Shown here: one piece after another, positions 38,948 through 49,438 of the stretch
Layout: every line of letters begins with the position of its first letter
How positions within the stretch are numbered: the stretch's first letter is position 1
Origin: Methanobacteriota archaeon
Lineage (GTDB): Archaea > Thermoplasmatota > Thermoplasmata > SG8-5 > JAGLSY01
Assembly: GCA_020696385.1 (NCBI GenBank)
Contig: JAEHCQ010000002.1
Coordinates: 224,001-288,000, forward strand
Reading direction: 5' to 3'
DNA: 64,000 nt
Made by a program: the position numbers and the translations under genes
The notes under the pieces: model-generated
Database searches by the model: none
Seen by the model: the letters and a program-made list of their open reading frames with translations, nothing else
Told to the model about the DNA's origin: nothing

Positions 38948-39868
38948 ATGAATGAGACTGTAGAGAACGAGGACACTGGCTCAATCTCCGATGCCGTGGA
39001 CCCCATAGAGGAACACACACCCAATAACAAACTCTTAGTCGTGCTCCTGACACTGGCCTTTGCATCAGTTGGCCTAAGCATCATAATGTTAGCATACATA
39101 GACCTGGAAGCAGCTATAGAACTGAACAGGGAGGATAAAAAGATAGAGAATTTCCAGGCCGTGATGTTCCTCATAGCGGGCATATTGTGGTTCATTGTGG
39201 TGGGGTGGAAAAGAAAGGCACCGGAAGTATCTAAGAAACGCTTAATGCTCTATGTCCTGCTCGGTCTTGGAATGGTCTTGTTCTTCTTTGAAGAGATCAG
39301 TTGGGGACAGAGGATATATGGATATTCCACCCCCTCAACACTTGAGAGCGTGAACACACAGGGAGAATCGAACATCCACAATATCGACTTCTTTGGAACC
39401 GTATTACCTCCCTATGAATTGATCGCACTGGCAGCGATAATCATCATAGCCATATTGCTCTTCGTAGCATGGAAGTACAAGGGTGTGGGGCGATCCATGG
39501 AACAGATATTCATCCCTCTGGGCCAGTACGATCTTGTCGCACCACTGCTCTTGTGCCTGGCTTTCGCAAGCTATCCCGATATGCCCGCCTCATACTGGCT
39601 CCTTGCAATACCATTCTTATTCCCAATTGCCGCAATGATATCGGGAAAGTTTCGGAACTTTTTCTCGAAGTTCCGAGCACCACAGTTCCAATTCATATTG
39701 ACAGCCGCAGTAGCGATATTGATGCTGGCTCTGAGTTACAATACATCCACAGCGGACAATATAAGCCACAACATAGCCTTCGAAACACGAGAAACGGTTC
39801 TGGCGCTCGTACTGGTGTGCTTTCCACTGTTCGAGGCAGGGCTCTTTAGGAGAGATCGTGGGAATTAG
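38948..39868 (+). CDS. Hypothetical multi-pass membrane protein
   Basis: About eight TM segments; EEISWGQR and N.QGE.N.HN motifs. Confidence 0.75.
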   Translation: MNETVENEDTGSISDAVDPIEEHTPNNKLLVVLLTLAFASVGLSIIMLAYIDLEAAIELNREDKKIENFQAVMFLIAGILWFIVVGWKRKAPEVSKKRLMLYVLLGLGMVLFFFEEISWGQRIYGYSTPSTLESVNTQGESNIHNIDFFGTVLPPYELIALAAIIIIAILLFVAWKYKGVGRSMEQIFIPLGQYDLVAPLLLCLAFASYPDMPASYWLLAIPFLFPIAAMISGKFRNFFSKFRAPQFQFILTAAVAILMLALSYNTSTADNISHNIAFETRETVLALVLVCFPLFEAGLFRRDRGN

Positions 39869-39978
39869 ATGCCAGACATATGCTGATGCAACTGACCACT
39901 TTATAGCTGTGAGTTATAGATTGGGAAGAGGAGAGTATTTAACCCACCATCTGCATAATCATCACTTGAGGAGATATC

Positions 39979-40446
39979 ATGACAAAAGTTCTAATCGTAT
40001 ATTATTCAAGATCTGGGAACACGGAGAAAATGGCGGAGATGATCGGATCAGCCATTGAGGGTGAAGGTGTGACCGTGGAATTAAAGACAGCTGAGGAGGC
40101 CACGCCAGAGGATATGCTGAAGGCCGATGGAATTATCGTGGGCTCACCTGTGTATTATGGTAGTATGGCTGCTGAATTGAAGGAATTCTTTGATAAGAGC
40201 ATCAAAGTGCATGGTGATCTGGATGGCAAGATCGGCGGGGCTTTTGCCACTGCGGCCAACTCGGGATATGAAACGACCATCAGGAATATTCACGAGGCCA
40301 TGTTGGTACATGGAATGATTATTCAGGGAGATACGGCCAAATATCATTATGGGCCAGTATCTATTAACGAACCTGGAGAGGAAGATGAGAAAGCCTGTAA
40401 AAGATTCGGAAAGAGGTTTGCAGAACTGACCATGAGGGCTCCCTGA
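39979..40446 (+). CDS. Flavodoxin/WrbA-like protein
   Basis: YYSRSGNTEKMA and GSPVYYG. Confidence 0.92.
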   Translation: MTKVLIVYYSRSGNTEKMAEMIGSAIEGEGVTVELKTAEEATPEDMLKADGIIVGSPVYYGSMAAELKEFFDKSIKVHGDLDGKIGGAFATAANSGYETTIRNIHEAMLVHGMIIQGDTAKYHYGPVSINEPGEEDEKACKRFGKRFAELTMRAP

Positions 40447-40583
40447 TACCGAAGTATCTTGAGCCCTTATTGAAATCAACCCCAAGCTAATTCCATTATA
40501 GTTTGGGGATGATTCAATAATGGGATGCGGATGGAAGTGAATCAGTACTTTCGGCCACCCCTGGGGAAGATAGATACCCTCTC

Positions 40584-41306
40584 ATGCCCTCACCCGGCTT
40601 GATGCACGTCGAGTCCGAGGAGAAAGGGATCAATATCCATAATGAATATTCACTTCATAATCTCATAAAACATCTTTATTCACTGCCTGGGGACAGGTAC
40701 GAGGTCAAGCATGATAAGGGGTATGTCATCGACCTTGTTCGCGGTGATGTGATGGTGGAGATCCAGACCCGTAGTTTTTCTTCGATCAAAGGAAAGCTCG
40801 AAGATCTTGTCAAGGCACATGAGGTTAGACTGATACACCCGATAATTGTTAGAAAATGGGTGGTGTATGTGGATAAAGAGACTGGCAAGAGATCGGGAAA
40901 GCGTAAATCACCAAAGATCGGCAAGCCCATCGATCTTTTCAAGGAATTGATAAGGATGCCTGGCCTGGTGAAGCATCCTAATTTCAGTATTATTCTTTAC
41001 ATGGTGCTGGCCGAGGAGACGCGTATCCGCGGCGAAAAGAAGAACTGGCGAGGTCGCGGCTACAAGATCCAAGATAGGAAGATAGTCGGTGTGGAGAAGG
41101 TTATCAGCCTGAACCATCCTGGAGACTACGCCATGTTCCTGCCTGATGATCTTGAGCCCATGTTCACCAACAGGATGCTGGCTGAGACTGCCAATATCAG
41201 CCTCAGGGAAGCTGGGTGGATAACCTACTGCCTGAAAAAAATGGGAACCATACAGGAAGAGGGGAAGAGAGGGAGAGCCTTACTATTCTCTATCAAGGTT
41301 CAATGA
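40584..41306 (+). CDS. Hypothetical protein with PD-(D/E)XK nuclease-like motif
   Basis: E.SLH..IK, YVIDLV...VEIQT; possible C-terminal HTH. Confidence 0.6.
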   Translation: MPSPGLMHVESEEKGINIHNEYSLHNLIKHLYSLPGDRYEVKHDKGYVIDLVRGDVMVEIQTRSFSSIKGKLEDLVKAHEVRLIHPIIVRKWVVYVDKETGKRSGKRKSPKIGKPIDLFKELIRMPGLVKHPNFSIILYMVLAEETRIRGEKKNWRGRGYKIQDRKIVGVEKVISLNHPGDYAMFLPDDLEPMFTNRMLAETANISLREAGWITYCLKKMGTIQEEGKRGRALLFSIKVQ

Positions 41307-41448
41307 ATCGCAGAGCTTTTTAATCGCATGAAAATCAATAATTTTTAATTAGCCAGTCTATGTATATGATATATAATTTCATATTGAATTCATTCCTTTG
41401 AGTTACAATTAAGTATCAATAATCCGTTATCTCGATGTTGGAAATATC

Positions 41449-44013
41449 ATGCCCAAACACTTGACCGTACAGGATAAGATCGTCATTCATCTGGCCGCGT
41501 ATATGAGGTATGCGGAAGAATTCGAATGCCCTGAAGAAGTGTCGCAAGCTGGAATAGCCAGTGCGATCGGCAAGAGCCGGGCGCATACCACCCTGGAATT
41601 GAAGGCATTGAGAGATGCGGAGCTCATATCCGAAAGAGTGTCGCATGTTCGAGGGGCCAAGTCCAAAAGAAAAGTGTATAATCTAGCATCCTCTGGGATT
41701 CAATTGGCTCAGAACCTTAGATCCATGATAGATAGCCTTGAAGTGAATATGGAGATCGATGGGGAAGTGTCCGAATTCGGAGGTCGCATGGCGATCGAGG
41801 AATTGACAAGCCGTGCTGGCATATCGGAATTGGACGCCATGAACTTGATCATATCAACAGATGGTGTGATAAGGCCAAATGCACCGGTACCGGAGAAAGC
41901 CCAGGCAACTAATATCAAACAGGACAATTTGCCAGAATTGAAATATTTCTATGGAAGAGAAAAGGACATAGAAGGGCTCATGGCCTTTCTAAACGGGGAA
42001 GAAACACTGCTGTCAATTACCGGCATGCCCGGCATAGGTAAAACAACATTGGCCAGGCAGCTCGTCGCAACCGACAAAGATCGCAAGTTCTTCTACATAC
42101 AATTATATGGATTTGATTCTCCCATATCCTTTGTTCAGCAATTGGCCAGGTATTTGAGTTCGGTCAATTACAAACAATTGGGAGATTATATCGCTAATAA
42201 AGCCTCGCCTGATCTGAGAGAGGTGAGCTGGCTTCTTGGAGATATATTCTCAAAAGAGAGATTTGCCATCATACTGGATGATCTGGATGTTGTTTCGGAT
42301 TCCTTTGATGGTTTCCTCAGGATGATACACGATGTTCTACGATCATCTGGGAGTTCCCAAATGATCGTACTGTCCAATAAAACCCCTGGGTTCTATGACA
42401 GGAAGGATGTCAATATTGAAAGATCGGTATCTGAAATGGAACTGGAAGGTCTGGATCACAATGCGGCTATGGCCTTGCTCGACAAGATAGGAAAGGTGGA
42501 TGAGGAAGCAAGAGAGGATTTGATAGGTAAAGTCGCCGGACATCCACTGGCATTGGAGCTTGCGGAGGCAGATACCGGGACTGGCAATTTCCACGATTAC
42601 ATTTACGAGCAGATCATATCCAGGGATATCGATGGATTTGATTTCCTATCTCTATCATCTGTTATGAGGATGCCCTTCAGTCCCTGGGATATGAAGATTT
42701 TTGGTTTCAGCAGGGCGCAGACCCTTTCCAGTAATTCGTATTTTACCAAATATGACAGTGGGCTGGTCATGATCCACAAGGCAGTGGCCGATGCAGTTCT
42801 CAATAAAGCTGGAGAGAAGGGTATCAAATTGGCTCATGAACGCGCGGCACATTATTGCCGTGATTATGATATTGAACCCTCGGAGGTTCTGTATCATCTC
42901 ATAGAAGCTGGCATGAACGACCAGGCCAAGGAGATGGTCGATGATATCAGAAATTACCTTCTTTCGAACACGAATTTGGAAATGACACTCCTCATGCTAG
43001 GAAAATTGAATACCCAGCTTGGTGAAAGGGACGCGGAATTATTGGATATCATGGCCGAGGTCATGAATCTAACTGGTGATTGGGACGGGGCAATGAGCCT
43101 ATCATCCGCTGCGGCAGATGATAGAACTACTGAACAGAATATCAGAGCTCTCATCCGCATGGCCAGAATTGAGAATAAAAAGGGTAATTCTGATAAAGCA
43201 ATGGAGAATATCAAGGAGGCTGAGGAATTATCGATCACTCTGGATGAGCTTGTCATGGCCTCGGATATCATGCTAACCAAGGGAATCATCCTGCATGGCA
43301 TTGGGGAGTACAAAGAAGCCATGAAAGCCTTTGGCCAGTCAATTGACATATCAAAGGAGAATGAAGATAAGAAAGGGTATCTTCGAGGACTGATGGAGCG
43401 CGGGAACATCGATGTGCTTATAGGTTCTTTCAGAACCGCTGGCAAGGATTACGAGCTGGCATTGAGAACGGCAGAGGAATTGAACAGCCAGATAGATGTA
43501 GCCAGGATAAAATTGAATATCGGCCTGCTCCATATGAAGATGGATGAGCTACAAAAGGCTTCCAAGGACATGGAGATCGCCATATCCATAGGAAGGGAGA
43601 TATGCCAACCGAGGATAATCGGTTGGGGGCTGATAGGAATTTCCGAATGCTATAATAAAATGAACAAACCAGAAGAATCGCTCGAGCGATCGGAAGAGGC
43701 CAGGCAGATCTTCGAGAGCCTGGGAATACCTGATCTTCTTTCTGCTGTTTATTCCAATATCGGGATGGCGAAAGCAACCCTTGGAGATGATGAGGAAGCC
43801 ATCACCAACTTTGAAAAGAGCATCGAGCTTATCGAGGACCTTGATGGGCCATATACACATGGCCAGAGGTATTTGGAATATGGAAAGGGAAAGCATATTC
43901 TTGGCAAGACCGAGGAAGCGATGAAATTGCTGACCAAGGCTCAGACCATATTTGTGGATATCGGGGCGGAAGAGGAAGCCAGGCAGATCGCGAATTTCTT
44001 AAAGGATCTTTAA
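41449..44013 (+). CDS. wHTH + STAND (NB-ARC-like) ATPase + TPR protein
   Basis: SQAGIA..IGKSRAH HTH, FYGRE, GMPGIGKTTLA, ILDDLD, GHPLALEL and C-terminal TPRs. Confidence 0.88.
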   Translation: MPKHLTVQDKIVIHLAAYMRYAEEFECPEEVSQAGIASAIGKSRAHTTLELKALRDAELISERVSHVRGAKSKRKVYNLASSGIQLAQNLRSMIDSLEVNMEIDGEVSEFGGRMAIEELTSRAGISELDAMNLIISTDGVIRPNAPVPEKAQATNIKQDNLPELKYFYGREKDIEGLMAFLNGEETLLSITGMPGIGKTTLARQLVATDKDRKFFYIQLYGFDSPISFVQQLARYLSSVNYKQLGDYIANKASPDLREVSWLLGDIFSKERFAIILDDLDVVSDSFDGFLRMIHDVLRSSGSSQMIVLSNKTPGFYDRKDVNIERSVSEMELEGLDHNAAMALLDKIGKVDEEAREDLIGKVAGHPLALELAEADTGTGNFHDYIYEQIISRDIDGFDFLSLSSVMRMPFSPWDMKIFGFSRAQTLSSNSYFTKYDSGLVMIHKAVADAVLNKAGEKGIKLAHERAAHYCRDYDIEPSEVLYHLIEAGMNDQAKEMVDDIRNYLLSNTNLEMTLLMLGKLNTQLGERDAELLDIMAEVMNLTGDWDGAMSLSSAAADDRTTEQNIRALIRMARIENKKGNSDKAMENIKEAEELSITLDELVMASDIMLTKGIILHGIGEYKEAMKAFGQSIDISKENEDKKGYLRGLMERGNIDVLIGSFRTAGKDYELALRTAEELNSQIDVARIKLNIGLLHMKMDELQKASKDMEIAISIGREICQPRIIGWGLIGISECYNKMNKPEESLERSEEARQIFESLGIPDLLSAVYSNIGMAKATLGDDEEAITNFEKSIELIEDLDGPYTHGQRYLEYGKGKHILGKTEEAMKLLTKAQTIFVDIGAEEEARQIANFLKDL

Positions 44014-44128
44014 TGGTATCTTTAACATATCATTAATTACAAACAAGATAAGATCGACAGCGTCATGAATATGACCTTCTTATTGGCGATTTCATTATAT
44101 ATATATTCATATTGACAGCTCATGCAAT

Positions 44129-44196
44129 GAGATAGGTACGATACTATCTCGAAGGTAGGTATGACACTATCTTGGAGATAGACATGATACTATCTC
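44129..44196. promoter_or_regulatory. Three 22-bp palindromes at 23-bp period before the ABC operon
   Basis: GAGATAG-N8-CTATCTC at 44129 and 44175; AAGGTAG-N8-CTATCTT at 44152. Confidence 0.7.
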
Positions 44197-44209
44197 AGGA
44201 GTTGATAAA

Positions 44210-45139
44210 ATGCCAGAGACCATCATCCAGGTTAGAGATCTTGTCAAGCAATACGACGATAATACCGCAGTCAATAGCATCAGTTTCGATGTCAATGAAG
44301 GAGAGGTGTTTGCCTTTCTCGGTCCAAATGGTGCTGGCAAGACCACCACGGTGGAGATCATCGAGACCATCAGAACTGCAACTTCGGGCGACATCCAGAT
44401 ACTTGGAATGGATGTCAATAAAAATAGAACAGAGATCCTGAAAAGGATCGGTGTCATGCCCCAGGACTTCAGCTCATTTGATAGGCTGACGGTATGGGAG
44501 ACCGTGCAGTACTATGCCAGGCTCTTTGGCAGTGATGTGGATATAGATGGATTGCTCAAGCTGGTAAATCTTCAGGAAGAGAGAGATAAGCATTATGTCA
44601 CCCTTTCTGGTGGACTGAAGCAAAGGGTGGGAATCGCCGTGGCACTGGTCAATGATCCGGAGATAGTTTTCCTGGACGAGCCCACCACGGGCCTGGATCC
44701 ACGAGCCAGGCGCGATGTATGGGAGGTTGTCAAGGATCTGAAAAAGAGAGGGAAGACCATCTTCCTTACCACTCATTACATGGAAGAGGCCGAGGTTCTG
44801 GCCGATGATGTGGCTATCATTTCCAAGGGAGATATCATCGCCCATGGATCTGTTGATGGTCTTATCGATCAATTTTGCTCCACCATCCATGTCGCGATCA
44901 AGGGAGCTGGACCTGGCGTGAAGGAGATCGCGGATGAAATGTCGCTTGTCTCCGAATCCCTGGGAAATGGCAATGTCCAGATAGAGGCTGATAACAATGA
45001 GCAGGTTGTGGAGATCCTCAATTCCCTTAAGAACAAAAATATAGGATACGGCAGCGTGGACATAAGAAAGGCCAATCTGGAAGAGGTGTTTTTGAAATTG
45101 ACTGGTGAATCTCTTATTGACAAGGGGGATCCTAAATGA
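44210..45139 (+). CDS. ABC transporter ATP-binding protein
   Basis: GPNGAGKT, LSGG and LDEPTTGLDP. Confidence 0.96.
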   Translation: MPETIIQVRDLVKQYDDNTAVNSISFDVNEGEVFAFLGPNGAGKTTTVEIIETIRTATSGDIQILGMDVNKNRTEILKRIGVMPQDFSSFDRLTVWETVQYYARLFGSDVDIDGLLKLVNLQEERDKHYVTLSGGLKQRVGIAVALVNDPEIVFLDEPTTGLDPRARRDVWEVVKDLKKRGKTIFLTTHYMEEAEVLADDVAIISKGDIIAHGSVDGLIDQFCSTIHVAIKGAGPGVKEIADEMSLVSESLGNGNVQIEADNNEQVVEILNSLKNKNIGYGSVDIRKANLEEVFLKLTGESLIDKGDPK

Positions 45140-46272
45140 ACTTCAAATTAGTGTATGCCAGTCTTTCCATCACACTCAAGGAATTCTACAGAAGCAAGGC
45201 ATCGATGTTCTTTGTTCTTCTATTTCCGATAATCCTCATGCTCCTCTTCGGATTGATATTCCAAGATCAGGGAGAGACGGTGTACGACCTCCATGTCAGA
45301 GATCTGGATGGTGGTGTGAACTCACAGAATATCACGGAGATGTTGGGCAACACCGAGATCTTCAACATAGTCGAAGTTGGCGACGAGGTCGGAGATATTG
45401 AAGATGCGAAAGACTATCTCACGGAGCATAAATTGAATGCCATGCTTGTGATCCCAGAAGGATACTCCGATGGGTTTGATGCCATAATGATTGATCGATT
45501 TTTGGGCATCCCGACAAATGATACCGTGGATGTCGTGATGATCTATGATCCTGCCAACACCGCGGCCATGACCAAGATCAGTATATTGAATTCGATCTTG
45601 GATGGTGTCAACAAAGCGGCTACAGGAATGCCAGATGTCCTCGTGCTGGAGATGGAAACTACAGTATCTGATGATTTTGACTATATCGATTTCTTCGCGC
45701 CAGGTATCATCGCCATGTCCGTCATGACCACCGCGCTCTTTGGCACTGTGACTATCAATACGGAGCTTAGGCAGAAGGGCATATTGAGAAAGCTAGCCAC
45801 CACTCCTTTGTCAAGATCCGAGTGGCTTTTGGCCAATATTCTGTATCAATTATGCATGGCGATCCTATCGACCATATCGATCATCCTCATAGGAGTGGGA
45901 TTGTTCGACCTGAACCCCCATCTCAACCTGTTCCTGCCATTGTTCGTGATCCTCAATGTCTTTGCCTTTTCGGGCATAGGTATGCTCATAACACGCTTCG
46001 TTAAAGAGGCGGAGAGCGCGCATGCGGCAGCCAATGCCATCATGTTCCCAATGATGTTCCTATCGGGCACTTTCTTCCCATTGGAGGGGATGCCGGACTT
46101 CCTTCAGACTTTTGCGAAAGTCCTACCCCTGTACTATGTGAATGAAGGATTAAGGGCCGCGATGATCACACTGGATGAGGGGACATTGATGACAAGCACA
46201 GTTGTCTTGATCATACTGGCCATCGTGATATTCATCCTCGGTGTATTGCTCACTTCGTGGAAGCATGATTGA
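45136..46272 (+). CDS. ABC-2 type permease
   Basis: PGIIAM, R.KGILRKL.TTP and FLSGTFFP. Confidence 0.92.
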   Translation: MNFKLVYASLSITLKEFYRSKASMFFVLLFPIILMLLFGLIFQDQGETVYDLHVRDLDGGVNSQNITEMLGNTEIFNIVEVGDEVGDIEDAKDYLTEHKLNAMLVIPEGYSDGFDAIMIDRFLGIPTNDTVDVVMIYDPANTAAMTKISILNSILDGVNKAATGMPDVLVLEMETTVSDDFDYIDFFAPGIIAMSVMTTALFGTVTINTELRQKGILRKLATTPLSRSEWLLANILYQLCMAILSTISIILIGVGLFDLNPHLNLFLPLFVILNVFAFSGIGMLITRFVKEAESAHAAANAIMFPMMFLSGTFFPLEGMPDFLQTFAKVLPLYYVNEGLRAAMITLDEGTLMTSTVVLIILAIVIFILGVLLTSWKHD

Positions 46273-46375
46273 TGTTTCCACGAAATGTCGATCATGGCCA
46301 TGATAAAAACACTCCTGCGAACCAAATAGAAAATAATATATCCGCAGGGGTATTATCGAGGAATGGTGTTAGAAC

Positions 46376-46636
46376 TTGACAAAAGGGATCGTACTCGTTG
46401 TTGTTGAACCGAGCCTCGAGCTTGAGATATATGAGAAATTATTGAAGCTCAAGGAGGTGATGGAGGTGACACCAGTTCTTGGCACCGTGGATTTTATAGC
46501 CCGTGTTGAGGGTGTGGATCATAATGAAGTAGCGGCCATCGTGATTAAGAAAATACGGGCCCTAAAAGGCGTGACCAGCACCAAGACCTTTATCGAGGAC
46601 GAGTTCCTGAAGGAGCTGGAAGGCCTCTATAAATGA
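46376..46636 (+). CDS. Stand-alone Lrp/AsnC ligand-binding (RAM) domain
   Basis: G.VDFIARVE and KIR.LKGV.STKT. Confidence 0.85.
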   Translation: MTKGIVLVVVEPSLELEIYEKLLKLKEVMEVTPVLGTVDFIARVEGVDHNEVAAIVIKKIRALKGVTSTKTFIEDEFLKELEGLYK

Positions 46637-46806
46637 TATGGTCTGATTTGATGATGACCAATCTGTGAATTTTGATGATGTAAATTATCAAAATCAGCAC
46701 CTGTTTTCATGATTGATTTAAATATCGAGAGCAATTTATCATCCGCATATTGATTGATGATGGGCTTCGGTGTAGACACCGATCATCAAATTCAGGAGTT
46801 GAATAA

Positions 46807-47436
46807 ATGAAGATCATAATGTTGGGACCACCGGGAGCGGGAAAAGGAACGCAGGCGCAATTGCTGGTAGATAAATTCGGGTTGCCTCAGATATCCACGG
46901 GCGATCTCCTCAGAGGCGCACTGGGTGAAGGTACAGAACTCGGCATCGAGGCAAAGAAGTACATGGATGCTGGACAGTTAGTTCCAGATGACCTGATAAT
47001 CTCACTTATCAAAGAAAGGATCACATTGCCAGACTGCGGGGATGGCTACATCCTCGATGGATTCCCAAGGACCATCGAGCAGGCTGAGGCACTCGGCGGC
47101 ATTGATAATATAGACGTCGTTCTCAATATCGTGGTGGACACGGACGTCCTTATGGGAAGGCTGATGGGAAGACGCACATGCCGGGGCTGCAACGCGGTCT
47201 TCAATATCACTGGAAGGCCGTCCAAGGTAGAGGGAATTTGTGACCAATGTAGTGGCGAACTTTATCAGAGGGATGATGACAATGAGGCCACGGTGACCAA
47301 GAGACTGGACACTTACAATAATCAGACCGCGCCTCTCATAGATTTCTACCGTGGAAAAGGCATATTGAAGGATGTGAAGACCGGGAAGGAGATTCCCGAG
47401 ACCTTCGGAAATGTCATGGTGGCATTGGGTCATTGA
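46807..47436 (+). CDS. adk: Adenylate kinase, bacterial type with Zn lid
   Basis: GPPGAGKGTQ, STGDLLR, DGFPRT and CxxC..CxxC lid. Confidence 0.97.
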   Translation: MKIIMLGPPGAGKGTQAQLLVDKFGLPQISTGDLLRGALGEGTELGIEAKKYMDAGQLVPDDLIISLIKERITLPDCGDGYILDGFPRTIEQAEALGGIDNIDVVLNIVVDTDVLMGRLMGRRTCRGCNAVFNITGRPSKVEGICDQCSGELYQRDDDNEATVTKRLDTYNNQTAPLIDFYRGKGILKDVKTGKEIPETFGNVMVALGH

Positions 47437-47476
47437 TGTTCCAATGAAGAAGACTATCTAACAAGATGACTATTCT

Positions 47477-47731
47477 TCAGCCTGGGCTCTCCACCTTCTC
47501 TGATCTGATCAGCTTATGCATGTCCCTGACCACTCTTTTGGATTTGTCCTGGCCAAAATCCTGCATGGCCTCGGAAAGTGCCTGGGAAAGCTTGGGTATG
47601 TCCCGTGTGGTGATGAAGGTGGGCATTATTCCCAATTCCAGGCATTGTTTTTTGATGAAAAATTCCCCCATCTCACCCAGCTCTGATTCCATGATCTTGT
47701 GGATATCGGGGCTGAAATTTCGGGGCTCCAT
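47477..47731 (-). CDS. Small helical hypothetical protein
   Basis: Plausible 84-aa ORF (ELGEMGEFFIKKQC..LG) filling the gap. Confidence 0.6.
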   Translation of the reverse strand: MEPRNFSPDIHKIMESELGEMGEFFIKKQCLELGIMPTFITTRDIPKLSQALSEAMQDFGQDKSKRVVRDMHKLIRSEKVESPG

Positions 47732-47811
47732 GAAAGGTATATTGACAATAAGGTTCATGAAGTTTTTGCTACGCAAGTTTATTGAGTATTGAATGTGTTA
47801 CTCAATTCGTG

Positions 47812-49002
47812 TTGAAATTAGGATTTCTGATCAACCCCATAGCGGGGATCGGAGGCCGAGTGGGTCTCAAGGGAAGTGATGGGCCAGATACGCCAAAAAA
47901 GGCTCTGGAGATGGGAGCGAGACCCATGGCGGGTGAAAAGGCCATGGATTTCCTATCGGCATTGAAATGCACCGGCGATATCGAGATATACACATGCGGC
48001 GGGAGAATGGGGCAGAGTGCCCTGGAAGAAGCAGGTATGGCGTATCACGAGGTCGTGTACAGCCCGGCTGAAATATCTTCAGCCGCGGATACTTCAGCCG
48101 CTATTGATGAATTTGAAAGCCGCGGCATCGATCTTATTGCTTTTTGCGGGGGCGATGGCACTGCCAGGGACGTGTATGGCGCTATTAAGCGCTATAGTGG
48201 CCTTGGACGCAATAGGTCAGGTCAGCACACCTCCGAATCTGGAACTCCGATTATCGGCATTCCAGCAGGTGTTAAGATGTATTCATCAGTATTCGCGCTG
48301 AGCCCGGAAGCCGCGGCTTTTACAGTATGCGCCTTCACACGAGTACCGGACATGCTGGCCGAGGCCGAGATCATGGACCTGGATGAGGAAGCGGTCAGAG
48401 AAGGAAAGCCAGGAGTGAGGGTGAAACTCCACGGTATGACCATGATACCCTTTGATCCTACATCCATACAGAGGGCGAAAACACCCTCCGCGCCCGAAGA
48501 GAAAGAGTTCGCGGAGGCTATAGCCAGCTGCCTTGTGGAAGAAATGGAAAAGGAAGAGAGCCATGATATCCTATACATCCTGGGGCCTGGATCGGTCAAG
48601 AAGGCCATGTTGCACAAATTGGGGTTGGAGGGCTCATTCCTGGGTGTGGATGCAATTAGGGATGGGCGAATGGTAGGGCTTGATTTGAGCGAAAAAGCCA
48701 TCTTGGAATTACTGGACCTCTTAGATGAAGAGGGCGAGATTGGCATTGCGCAGATCATTGTCACCCCTATCGGGGCTCAGGGATTCGTACTGGGTCGAGG
48801 CAATCACCAAATTAGTCCGGATGTTCTGAAAAGAGTTGGATCAGACAATATCAGGATCGTGGCCACACCCCATAAGCTATCACACACGCCCAGACTGTTC
48901 GTCCAGACTGGGGATAAGGAGCTGGACATGGATCTGGCCGGTTATCGAAAGATACTCGTCGGATACAGGATGTGGGAGATGAAGAAGGTGGAAGCCGTAT
49001 AG
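47812..49002 (+). CDS. ATP-NAD kinase family protein
   Basis: NPIAGIGG.VGLKGSDG, GGDGTARD, GIPAGVKMYS and GRGN.QISP. Confidence 0.88.
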   Translation: MKLGFLINPIAGIGGRVGLKGSDGPDTPKKALEMGARPMAGEKAMDFLSALKCTGDIEIYTCGGRMGQSALEEAGMAYHEVVYSPAEISSAADTSAAIDEFESRGIDLIAFCGGDGTARDVYGAIKRYSGLGRNRSGQHTSESGTPIIGIPAGVKMYSSVFALSPEAAAFTVCAFTRVPDMLAEAEIMDLDEEAVREGKPGVRVKLHGMTMIPFDPTSIQRAKTPSAPEEKEFAEAIASCLVEEMEKEESHDILYILGPGSVKKAMLHKLGLEGSFLGVDAIRDGRMVGLDLSEKAILELLDLLDEEGEIGIAQIIVTPIGAQGFVLGRGNHQISPDVLKRVGSDNIRIVATPHKLSHTPRLFVQTGDKELDMDLAGYRKILVGYRMWEMKKVEAV

Positions 49003-49023
49003 TTTTAGTTCAATATTTAACAA

Positions 49024-49163
49024 ACACTCCGAGCAGGTGAGCAGGGGGAAGGGTGCGAGTCAGCGAATTGAATTGTGTAGCGATTCAATTAATCTTCTGG
49101 ATGCAGAGCTGCCAGATGATTCGGGAGTGTCGGGTGGGGGGAATATTTATGCATGGGGTGGGA
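49024..49163. repeat. CTCCGAGCAGG-headed palindromic element, copy 3, with G-rich tail
   Basis: Outer stem ACACTCC/GGAGTGT, inner hairpins, then GGTGGGGGG-N12-TGGGGTGGG. Confidence 0.65.
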
Positions 49164-49216
49164 GCTTTGGAAAGCTGGCTCATTCAGGGTGTGTCGTTGC
49201 AATTTGTCAAGCTGGG

Positions 49217-49430
49217 TGAGGATAAGGACCCCGCCCATCGTTGAACTCCTGGCGGGGCTTTGTTTGACTCCTCGCATTGAGAGAGCGAGGAGTTTGTCCC
49301 CCTACTGGCACATCGCGACTGTCACCCGCATACTCATCGAATATAGTACCCCAGGTCTGCGTCTCTCGCCCTGGGGCATGTTCGAACTGGCCACATGGGC
49401 AATGTTGGGAACATGTTCTGCTGGCATATG
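49217..49430. ncRNA. Candidate structured non-coding element of unknown class
   Basis: GC-rich intergenic tract with hairpins CCCCGCC/GGCGGGG, ACTCCTCGC/GCGAGGAGT and CCCCAGG/CCTGGGG. Confidence 0.35.
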
Positions 49431-49438
49431 CATCGGTT

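Noticed and set aside
49217-49430. SRP RNA, RNase P RNA or tRNA-Pyl
   Set aside because: No SRP helix-8 CAGG..GGAA..AGCA motif, no paired RNase P P4 ends and no cloverleaf; GTCTCTCGCC alone is insufficient.
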